Origin: an uncultured Fidelibacterota bacterium
Lineage (GTDB): Bacteria > Fidelibacterota > Marinisomatia > Marinisomatales > Marinisomataceae
NCBI GenBank assembly: GCA_902538565.1
Contig: CACBFQ010000002.1
Location: 374,740-438,739, forward strand
DNA: 64,000 nucleotides
Direction of reading: 5' to 3'
Part shown: positions 19,520 to 27,544 of the stretch, one piece after another
How positions within the stretch are numbered: the stretch's first letter is position 1
How the letters are laid out: every line of letters begins with the position of its first letter
The notes under the pieces: model-generated
The model's input: the letters and a program-made list of their open reading frames with translations, nothing else
Told to the model about the DNA's origin: nothing
Databases searched by the model: none
Translations under genes and position numbers: made by a program

Positions 19520-21893
19520 TATCAATTATTACGTTTAACCACTGCTTTAAAATTTTATTTTTTTCAAAATCACTAATTATTTTTAAACGAGCATTTTTAC
19601 CTAACTTAAGCCTTGTTTTTCTACTTTTATATAGTTTTAACATAGAGCTTGCAAGTCGGTCAATATTATTTGATTGAACTATCAATCCTGTTTCATTATT
19701 AATAATAATTTCATTGATGCCTTCATAATCTGTAGAAATGCACGCTGACTCAAGACTCATTGCTTCAAGTAAAGCGTTAGACATTCCCTCATAAATTGAT
19801 GAAAGAACAAATATATTATTATTACAATAATAATTGTTTACATTTTTTTTAGCACCTTTAAAGACAACTTTATCTTCTAAATTATTTTTTTCAATAAAAT
19901 GTAGTAGCTTTTTGTACAATTCATTGGACTCTATTCCACCAACTATAATTAGCTTTGATTGGTTGTTTAATGAATGATGAATCTTATTGAATGACTTTAA
20001 TAGTAATAAATGGTTTTTTTCGAACTTTATAGTCCCTACGTTCAAAAAATTAATAATATCTTTTTTTTCGTTCAAAGGTGAAATGTCAATAGGATTATAT
20101 ATGGTTTTTATATTCAACCTTTTAAATCTTTTTCTTGCCCAATTTTTAACAAATGCAGTTTGAACAACTAATAAATTGCTAAATCTATAAAAAAGGATTG
20201 CTGCGACTTTTAATTGAAAATTAATCTTTGTGGGATTTGTTCTAATTGAAATTATATGCCTTGCACTTTTTATTCTTAAAAATTTATTTGCTATTATTGT
20301 TTGAACGTTTGTTGAATCGCCAAAAGAAATGATCACATCTGGATTTAATTCATTTAATTTATCTTTGATTAATTTCATTCTTTTTAATGTTGGGAAAAAA
20401 ATTCGAAAAATATTATAAGAATTTAGTCGGTAATAACCTAGATAATGAACTTTTACTTTACTATTAATATAATAGGCTGAATCACCCTGATAACCTGAAA
20501 TAATGCTAACATCTAAACCTTCTTGAACCAAATCATTTGAAACTTTAGTTAAAACTCTTTCTGCACCACCCTGCCCCAATCCACTAATTACAAATGCAAC
20601 TCTAATTTTTTTATTAAGTTTTTTTCTTTCGAAACTTAATAGGGATTGGTATAAATATAATATTGTGAATAAGTCAAAAATGCAACTTACAATGGTAAAA
20701 AATAAAATACTGCTAATGAACGATTCGTATACATAATAGCCAAACATTAAAGCAAAAGCTCTAAAAATAAACTGTAAAATTTCAATTTTTAATTGAATTT
20801 TTTGCAGTTTAAGAATATTAAATAACATCATAGATGGTGGTTTTATAAAAGAGAAAAAACACCAAAGCACTAAAATCTGAGCTAATGTTCCAGACTGCAC
20901 CCATTGCGCACCGAGAAAAAAACTAAAAATAGTTGGTGCAAATAATAATATTAAAAATAGTGGCAGAAGATATATTTTTATCAACCCAAAAGTGGTAGAG
21001 GTATAAAGATCTAAAATACTCTTTTTTTCTTGATGTAAAGATGATGCCTTTTGATAAAAAACATTTTGAGTTGAAGATGCGATTAACTCTGTTGGCTGTT
21101 TTAAGAGTCGAATGCTCATTCCATAAAATCCAGCAATTTCTAATGAATAAAAGTAGCCTAAAAATATGATTGGCATTCCCTGTGATAATGTGTTAGCTAA
21201 GATTGAGGGTAATTGAAACTTAGGAAATAATATATGTTTTTTAAAGTTTTGTAATACAAGATGAAAGCTTATTCTTTTTCTGAAAGATTGAAAAAAAGAA
21301 CGATTAAATATGAAAAGAAATAATGTGCTTAAAATATCTGAAAAAACTTTACCATAAACTAGTCCTCCAGCTAGACTAAATGTTACTTTACTGAAAACTT
21401 GTACTATGGAAGTTAATAGTGAGTTAAAAGATTTAATCGTAGCAGTTGAAAAAAAATTTTCTTTCCTAATAGCTACTTGTTCAATTGGTTGAAAAAAACC
21501 TAATTGAACGACCCTGAGTGAAATTAAAAACAACATGCCAGAGCTGATAAAATTAATATTAAAAAAACCATCCAATATTAAAAGCAATGCTAATAAGAAT
21601 GCGCTAAAAATTGAAGCTAGAAAAATAGAGCCAACAAATAGATTTAAAGCATTAGTATTTGATTTAGGAAGAATAATAGAACGGTCATAAAGAAAATTTG
21701 ATACTAATCCAAAAATACCTGCTAATGTTATGAATGTAGAGTATGTACCAAAATCTTCAGGTAAGTACAATCTTGAAAGTATTGGAATGGTTAGAAAAGC
21801 TATTAATTGAGCAAAAAATGAACCCAAAACTAATGTTGAAATATTTTTAATGTATTCTGAAGAAAATATTTTGTCTATTATTTTCATAACCAA
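19512..21893 (-). CDS. Wzx-type flippase fused in frame to a GT4 glycosyltransferase
   Basis: About 420 aa multi-TM flippase (ILSRLYLPEDFG), followed by VAFVISGLGQGGAERV, NVGTIKFEKNH and SSIYEGMSNALLEAMS. Confidence 0.82.
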   Translation of the reverse strand: MVMKIIDKIFSSEYIKNISTLVLGSFFAQLIAFLTIPILSRLYLPEDFGTYSTFITLAGIFGLVSNFLYDRSIILPKSNTNALNLFVGSIFLASIFSAFLLALLLILDGFFNINFISSGMLFLISLRVVQLGFFQPIEQVAIRKENFFSTATIKSFNSLLTSIVQVFSKVTFSLAGGLVYGKVFSDILSTLFLFIFNRSFFQSFRKRISFHLVLQNFKKHILFPKFQLPSILANTLSQGMPIIFLGYFYSLEIAGFYGMSIRLLKQPTELIASSTQNVFYQKASSLHQEKKSILDLYTSTTFGLIKIYLLPLFLILLFAPTIFSFFLGAQWVQSGTLAQILVLWCFFSFIKPPSMMLFNILKLQKIQLKIEILQFIFRAFALMFGYYVYESFISSILFFTIVSCIFDLFTILYLYQSLLSFERKKLNKKIRVAFVISGLGQGGAERVLTKVSNDLVQEGLDVSIISGYQGDSAYYINSKVKVHYLGYYRLNSYNIFRIFFPTLKRMKLIKDKLNELNPDVIISFGDSTNVQTIIANKFLRIKSARHIISIRTNPTKINFQLKVAAILFYRFSNLLVVQTAFVKNWARKRFKRLNIKTIYNPIDISPLNEKKDIINFLNVGTIKFEKNHLLLLKSFNKIHHSLNNQSKLIIVGGIESNELYKKLLHFIEKNNLEDKVVFKGAKKNVNNYYCNNNIFVLSSIYEGMSNALLEAMSLESACISTDYEGINEIIINNETGLIVQSNNIDRLASSMLKLYKSRKTRLKLGKNARLKIISDFEKNKILKQWLNVIIDTK

Positions 21894-22858
21894 TAAGAGA
21901 AATATATTATTTGGTATAAGAATAATATAATAAACATTATATAGCGAAATTGAGTTGCTAAATGATTTATAGATATTATAAATAAAGGAAAAGATACTGC
22001 TACAAATCTAGATCCGTAAAATTGGAATACACTAGAAAAAAAGAATAAAGAACCCATTGATGCAGCGTATGCAAGGTAATCGATATTTTTTTTAATCAAA
22101 TCATTCTTTGGTAAAATAACTATCATGGTACTGAAAAAAAGCCATGGTAAACTAAAAAATATTGAACTATAAATGGGATTTGTAATATATATTGTCCTAT
22201 CTTTAGCTCCTCCAAAGAAATCAAGAATTGGTAAAAAAGCAACATTTAAAAAAAACATTATAAATACTGGAAGAATTAAAGAGAACTGTAAATATTTTTG
22301 GTCATTATTTAAGAATTTTTTAAAAATTGATAAAATTAAAAAAATTGTAACTAACAATAATGTTGCTGTATGTATTAGAGTTGCGCAAACTATTAAAGAT
22401 ATTTGTAGTAATAATTTTCTTCGTAATAAATGAGCAATTAGTAATAAACAAAAAGATACTCCTATTCTGACTTGAGAGATAATCAAATCAATAAAGATTG
22501 GGTTAAACAATAATATAAAGGATAAAAGAGGATTAACATTTTTTATTGTAAAAAAAGTGTATATTGCTAAACAAATAAAAGAAATAAACGTTAATCCAGA
22601 TTCAATATCATAAAAATAAAGAGGAAGAATTCTTAAAATATTAGTCCATAGTAATTCGCTAAAAAGCAGAAAAATTCCAAAAGATTCACTTTGATTAGAT
22701 CCAAACGTGAATATTTGAGCGACTCTTGATTTGTAAACTTCAAAATCATGAAAATATTTAATATCGTGCCATGGAATTAAGTAAATGAAAACATATGACA
22801 ACAAAATTGCTAAAGAAGAGTGAAAAAAAAATTTTTTAATATGGTTATTGTCACTCAT
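21884..22858 (-). CDS. Polytopic membrane protein, probable Wzy/EpsG-type polymerase
   Basis: Multi-TM; ISQVRIGVS and ATLIHTATLLL resemble EpsG-family motifs; lies in the polysaccharide cluster. Confidence 0.6.
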   Translation of the reverse strand: MSDNNHIKKFFFHSSLAILLSYVFIYLIPWHDIKYFHDFEVYKSRVAQIFTFGSNQSESFGIFLLFSELLWTNILRILPLYFYDIESGLTFISFICLAIYTFFTIKNVNPLLSFILLFNPIFIDLIISQVRIGVSFCLLLIAHLLRRKLLLQISLIVCATLIHTATLLLVTIFLILSIFKKFLNNDQKYLQFSLILPVFIMFFLNVAFLPILDFFGGAKDRTIYITNPIYSSIFFSLPWLFFSTMIVILPKNDLIKKNIDYLAYAASMGSLFFFSSVFQFYGSRFVAVSFPLFIISINHLATQFRYIMFIILFLYQIIYFSYWL

Positions 22859-22874
22859 TTATTTGATTGAAATT

Positions 22875-23753
22875 TTATTTTTTAGAAGAAGAAACGGCTC
22901 TACCTTCCAATTTTTCCCAATCTCTTTCGGGTCGAACATTAAGATTTGTCTGCCATGCACCTTTTAGGACTTGCATATCAACTCCAATTTCTTCTCCGAA
23001 AGAAATAAAAGCTTGAATATCTTTAGGAAAGCAGCTACCGCCAAAACCAAATTTACCATCTGGGCCAGGAACATTAAGATGAGAATGGCCGACTCTTCCA
23101 TCTAATACAAAACCTTCAATAGCCTCGTCCCAGTTTGCATCTACTTTTTTTGCAACTTCAAACATTTCGTTCAAAAAAGAAACCTTGGTCGCAAAAAACA
23201 AATTATTCATATATTTGATCAACTCAGCTGTTTGAAATGAAGTTTGGATTACAGGTAAATGCCCCCCGAATCTGTCCTTATATAAATTAGCTACTTTAGA
23301 TGTATTTTCATTATGACCACCTAAAATAATTCGACTCTGATTTAAAAAATCAAATGTGGCAGATCTCTCAGTTAAAAACTCAGGGTTGAAAACAAATCTC
23401 AAAGAAGGAAAATTATTAACAAATTTTTCAGTTGTACCAGGGGTGACAGTAGATCTTAATAATATTATATTTTTTTCATTTTTGTTTACTGATTCTATTT
23501 CCTTTACTAATGATTCAACAATGCTTAAATCAATATTTCCTGAACTTCTTGCAGGTGTAGGAACAGATATAAAAATGAAGTCAGATTCATTTACTGTTTC
23601 ATCGAAAGAATTCAGAGATCTTGAAGGATCCTTATCATAAATTTTTATTTGAGCATTGTACCCACATGCATCAGAAAAGCCATGTGCAACAGCTGAACCA
23701 ACAAATCCTTTACCAATGACACCAATTTTTGGATTTAATTTATTAGTTTTCAT
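22875..23753 (-). CDS. Short UDP-glucose/GDP-mannose dehydrogenase family protein
   Basis: GKGFVG, SVPTP, RSTVTPG, FNPEFL, IKYMNN and GFGGSCFPKD; ends at 292 aa. Confidence 0.88.
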   Translation of the reverse strand: MKTNKLNPKIGVIGKGFVGSAVAHGFSDACGYNAQIKIYDKDPSRSLNSFDETVNESDFIFISVPTPARSSGNIDLSIVESLVKEIESVNKNEKNIILLRSTVTPGTTEKFVNNFPSLRFVFNPEFLTERSATFDFLNQSRIILGGHNENTSKVANLYKDRFGGHLPVIQTSFQTAELIKYMNNLFFATKVSFLNEMFEVAKKVDANWDEAIEGFVLDGRVGHSHLNVPGPDGKFGFGGSCFPKDIQAFISFGEEIGVDMQVLKGAWQTNLNVRPERDWEKLEGRAVSSSKK

Positions 23754-23755
23754 AA

Positions 23756-24106
23756 TTAAATATCTCCCTTCTTAAGAATCTCTTCTCTTATTTTTGTTGC
23801 TGAAATTTTTCCTATTTTTGATGGTGGTTTATGCTCGATAACATCGTATCCAACTCCTCTTCCATAATTAATAGATTCAATATCTGGAATAATTTTCACA
23901 ACAACCTTTTTTTGTTGAATTAAATCCTTTAATTCTTTTTCAATATTTTTTTTGACCTCTTTGGGATCATAAGGATTTTTATCGTTTATTCCCACTTCCC
24001 TTACACATATTAATACCCTTTTTCCTAAATCAAGCCTTTGATCTATTAACCAACGGTGGCCTTCATGCCATGGTTGCCATCTTCCTATAAACATCGAGTA
24101 TTTCAT
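23756..24106 (-). CDS. Small HxGH-type nucleotidyltransferase (cytidylyltransferase-like)
   Basis: FIGRWQPWHEGH and C-terminal ISATKIR, typical of the HIGH nucleotidyltransferase superfamily. Confidence 0.75.
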   Translation of the reverse strand: MKYSMFIGRWQPWHEGHRWLIDQRLDLGKRVLICVREVGINDKNPYDPKEVKKNIEKELKDLIQQKKVVVKIIPDIESINYGRGVGYDVIEHKPPSKIGKISATKIREEILKKGDI

Positions 24107-24515
24107 TAGTACATTCCTTTACATTTTTTTCGCCAGTATTTAATGATAAACTGGGTTTTGCTGGTATTTCATAATCTTTTGCAAAAAACTTTTCTCGCCC
24201 ACGAATTTTTGACGTGTGGAGATAAACTTCAATAAATTTAAATTCTTGTTTTAATTCATCTCTCAAAAAAGCATAAGGAGCAACGATAGAAACAATGCAC
24301 GTATAATTTTTATTACTTAAAAATCTAATAATTGATATTGCAGTTGATATATTATTTATTCTGCCCTGTTTTGAGTAATCCTGGTTTTTATTTATTGCTC
24401 TTAAATCGTCTCCGTCAAGATGAATGATGTTATTAACTTCTTTTAGATTTTCAATAATTTTTTTTGCTAATGTTGTTTTACCACTTCCAGGCTGACCTGT
24501 TAACCAAATAATCAT
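24063..24515 (-). CDS. Compact adenylyl-sulfate (APS) kinase-like P-loop kinase
   Basis: IWLTGQPGSGKTT, LDGDDLR, SIVAPY and DYEIP. Confidence 0.78.
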   Translation of the reverse strand: MIIWLTGQPGSGKTTLAKKIIENLKEVNNIIHLDGDDLRAINKNQDYSKQGRINNISTAISIIRFLSNKNYTCIVSIVAPYAFLRDELKQEFKFIEVYLHTSKIRGREKFFAKDYEIPAKPSLSLNTGEKNVKECTNEILDVYRKMATMA

Positions 24516-25564
24516 ATTCTTACTAAGCTATTTCTATTATTGATAAACAAAATTGATAGAACAATAAGATTAACGACAAGCAAACTATTAATAAGATTAG
24601 CTGCAAAGCTACCATCTTGTGTTGTTCTAAATGTTAAAGGAGCATCTAGAAGAAAGAATGAAGTCGTATTATCTTTTTCATTTATTTTTGCTAATTCCAG
24701 CTGGTCAGAAAGAGTAAAATATAATTGATTGTAAAGAGTAATATCTTTTTGAAGTCGTTGCTTTTGTAAAGTTAGCGTTGGTGAATTTTGTATTTGCTTA
24801 TTTTCTTGTGAAAACCTAAGCATAGCATCTTCGGATTCTTTTAAACTTTTAGTCACTTCAGTCAATCTTTGAGAAATAAATTGTCTTTTTTCATTAGCCT
24901 TAATGTTTACAACGTTACTTGAATAAGTAATAATTGAATTATAAACATTTTCTATGATTTGTTTTCCTAATTGAGAATCATGCTCGATATTGATCGAAAT
25001 TGTATTCATTAAAGATCTTCTGTCTTCTGAAAAATTAAGGGAATTTTTTAATATAGATGCTGAATAGATTTCTTTTTTTTCATTACTAGATAATCCCCTA
25101 TTAAAACCTAAATTAAAGTTAGCTCGCTTTAGAATGGTTATAGGATTTAATGTTAAAAAATTATTATAATCAGAGCCCCATTTCTCTACAAGGGTTAATT
25201 CTTTATTGTCAATTATATATTTTTTGTTTACGATATCTTGAAGAAAAATTTCAGAAGAAAGGTAGTTTTGAATGGAAAATGATAGACTAGTATAACCTAA
25301 TCCTCCTCCAAGCATTCCAGCTGGTAACATACTTAAAAAAGAAGTTTGAGGCGCTTCATTATAATTTGTATAAAATGAAACTTTGGATTGATAGACTGTA
25401 GGCTTCAACAAAAAATAAATGAAAAAAATCAAAGCAAAAAAAAGATTAATTCTTAAAATAGTTTTAAAGTAAATATTAAAAAAAGATTTAATTCCATCTA
25501 TTTTTATTTCATTATCTGCAAATATAGGTTTTAGCAAAATTTTTCCTTTTGAGTCATTAACCAT
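24512..25564 (-). CDS. Polysaccharide co-polymerase / chain-length regulator (Wzz/GumC-like)
   Basis: TM, then periplasmic coiled coil (KRQFISQRL..SEDAM..F), then FFLLDAP and a second TM. Confidence 0.75.
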   Translation of the reverse strand: MVNDSKGKILLKPIFADNEIKIDGIKSFFNIYFKTILRINLFFALIFFIYFLLKPTVYQSKVSFYTNYNEAPQTSFLSMLPAGMLGGGLGYTSLSFSIQNYLSSEIFLQDIVNKKYIIDNKELTLVEKWGSDYNNFLTLNPITILKRANFNLGFNRGLSSNEKKEIYSASILKNSLNFSEDRRSLMNTISINIEHDSQLGKQIIENVYNSIITYSSNVVNIKANEKRQFISQRLTEVTKSLKESEDAMLRFSQENKQIQNSPTLTLQKQRLQKDITLYNQLYFTLSDQLELAKINEKDNTTSFFLLDAPLTFRTTQDGSFAANLINSLLVVNLIVLSILFINNRNSLVRI

Positions 25565-25649
25565 ATTTTTTATTAAACTTAAATTTATGGTTTGATAAAA
25601 GTAGTTAGAATTTTAATGTAAATAAAGCATAAATTATACTATTTATTAA

Positions 25650-25723
25650 GGGCCCATAGCTCAATTGGTTAGAGCAACGGACTCATAATCCGCAGGTTCG
25701 GGGTTCAAGTCCCTGTGGGCCCA
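25650..25723 (+). tRNA. tRNA with CAT anticodon, probably tRNA-Ile2 (lysidine) rather than elongator Met; CCA not encoded
   Basis: GGGCCCA/TGGGCCC acceptor stem, GCTC/GAGC D stem, CTCATAA anticodon loop, GGTTCAAGTCC T arm, A73. C4-G69 and C5-G68 match known TilS determinants; no C1:A72 mismatch, so not an initiator. Confidence 0.92.
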
Positions 25724-25726
25724 CAA

Positions 25727-26632
25727 ATGAGCAGTCATTCTTATATATCAAATTCTAGAAATAAAAATATTTTTATTAGTGTTAATGGTGAACTATTTCA
25801 TAGAAGTGAAGCAAAAATATCTGTTTTTGACAGCGGTTTTTTATTAGGAGATGGCGTCTGGGAAGGAATGAGACTGCATCAATCTAAATTAGTATTTATT
25901 GAAGAACATTTAGATAGATTATTTTCTAGTGCAAAGGGAATTTCTTTAAATATTCCTTTTTCTAAACAATACATTGTTGACGAAATATATAAAGTTTTAG
26001 ATAAAAATAAAATGGATGATGATATACATATTAGGTTAGTTATATCCAGAGGTAATAAAATTACCCCCTATCAAAATCCTAATGCTAATGAGGGTCCAAT
26101 AAATATTGTGATTATTCCGGAATATAAAAAAACGGACCCAAAAACTTATTCAAATGGCTTATCTATTGGTAGAGTTCCAAATATAAGGCCAAATGAAAGT
26201 ATTTTAAGTCCTCACTTTAATACTTTGAGCAAACTCAACTGTATATTAGCAAGTATTGAAGCGAATAAGCTTGGGTACGATGAAGGAATTATGAATGATT
26301 TAAACGGTAATATTAGTACATGTAATTCTACAAACTTATTTTTTATAAAAAATGGTGAGGTGTTAACCTCTTCAGGAAAATATTGTTTAAAAGGAATCAC
26401 AAGAAGTAAAGCCATTCTAGTATGCAATAAAAATAATATCAAATGCTCAGAAACTGATTTTACATTTGAAGATATTTATAATTGCGATGAAGCATTTTTG
26501 ACAGGTACATTTGCGGGAATCATACCAGTTTCAATATTAGAAAATAGAAAGTTAAAATCAACAAATAGTGATTCTTTAGTTAACAAAATAAGAAATTATT
26601 ATAACAAAGAAATTCAAATGTATTTAGGATAA
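25727..26632 (+). CDS. Class IV PLP-dependent enzyme (BCAT/D-AAT/ADC-lyase fold)
   Basis: VNGELFHRSEAKISVFDSGFLLGDGVWEG, CNSTNLFF, LKGITR and DEAFLTGTFAGIIPV. Start moved to ATG 25727 because the ORF-track GTG lies inside the tRNA. Confidence 0.88.
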   Translation: MSSHSYISNSRNKNIFISVNGELFHRSEAKISVFDSGFLLGDGVWEGMRLHQSKLVFIEEHLDRLFSSAKGISLNIPFSKQYIVDEIYKVLDKNKMDDDIHIRLVISRGNKITPYQNPNANEGPINIVIIPEYKKTDPKTYSNGLSIGRVPNIRPNESILSPHFNTLSKLNCILASIEANKLGYDEGIMNDLNGNISTCNSTNLFFIKNGEVLTSSGKYCLKGITRSKAILVCNKNNIKCSETDFTFEDIYNCDEAFLTGTFAGIIPVSILENRKLKSTNSDSLVNKIRNYYNKEIQMYLG

Positions 26633-26633
26633 A

Positions 26634-27347
26634 ATGAGAATTGCTTGTTGGTCAGGTCCCAGAAATATCTCTACTGCTATTATGAGATCATGGTCTTCAA
26701 GAAAAGATACTTACGTAATTGATGAGCCATTTTATGCCTACTATTTGAATGAAACACAATATAAACACCCAATGTATAATGAGATTTTAAATCAATATTC
26801 TATTGATTATAATGAAATTGTAAATCTTCTTACAGGAAGAATACCAAAAAATAAGAAAATTTTTTATCAAAAACATATGGCTCATCATATCTTTGAATTA
26901 AATAATATTGATTGGATCAAAAAATGCAAAAACTGCATTTTAATTAGGCATCCAAAGGAAGTTATTGCATCTTACAAAGATAAGAATCAAATAAAAAGTG
27001 TTTTAGACCTTGGATATTATCAACAGTGTGAAATTATTAAACTATTAAAAAAAACAAACGAGTCATATATAATTATTGAATCGTCAGACCTACTTAAAAA
27101 TCCAAATAAAGCTTTAAATGATTGGTGTAAAAAATTAAATATAGATTTTGATACGTCAATGCTTCAATGGGAAAAAGGTAAACATCCAAATGATGGGATA
27201 TGGTGGAAACATTGGTATGATAACGTTATTGGTACTACAGGATTTCAAGAATTTGAAGAAAAAGATATAACTATTGAGAATCAATATGATTCTATTTATA
27301 ATGACTCAATGAGATATTACAAATATTTACAAGATTTTAAGTTATGA
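26634..27347 (+). CDS. Sulfotransferase-like protein (family usually linked to class IV aminotransferases)
   Basis: WSGPRNISTA (5'-PSB-like loop), DEPFY, YQKHMAHH, LIRHPKEVIASY (3'-PB-like) and MLQW. Confidence 0.8.
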   Translation: MRIACWSGPRNISTAIMRSWSSRKDTYVIDEPFYAYYLNETQYKHPMYNEILNQYSIDYNEIVNLLTGRIPKNKKIFYQKHMAHHIFELNNIDWIKKCKNCILIRHPKEVIASYKDKNQIKSVLDLGYYQQCEIIKLLKKTNESYIIIESSDLLKNPNKALNDWCKKLNIDFDTSMLQWEKGKHPNDGIWWKHWYDNVIGTTGFQEFEEKDITIENQYDSIYNDSMRYYKYLQDFKL

Positions 27348-27544
27348 ATATATTATTAAAGTTATGGAACCAACCAAAATGGATAAAATGGTTAATATAC
27401 TTTTTTTCAATATATATTTTATTTATGATTAAAGAAGCATTTGCAATTGTACTTTGGTTTCTTTTTTGCATTATTCTCTACTTTGTGATTTTCGCAAAAA
27501 ATATTTTTACAACAAGGACTTATTATGAAAAAAATAATTTTTAG
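27344..27544 (+). CDS. Small hydrophobic membrane protein
   Basis: 66 aa with two hydrophobic stretches; ATGA overlap with the upstream gene and overlap with the downstream start. Confidence 0.5.
   Translation: MNILLKLWNQPKWIKWLIYFFSIYILFMIKEAFAIVLWFLFCIILYFVIFAKNIFTTRTYYEKNNF

Noticed and set aside
25650-25723. tRNA as an integration site (att)
   Set aside because: I found no duplicate of the tRNA 3' end and no integrase in the window.
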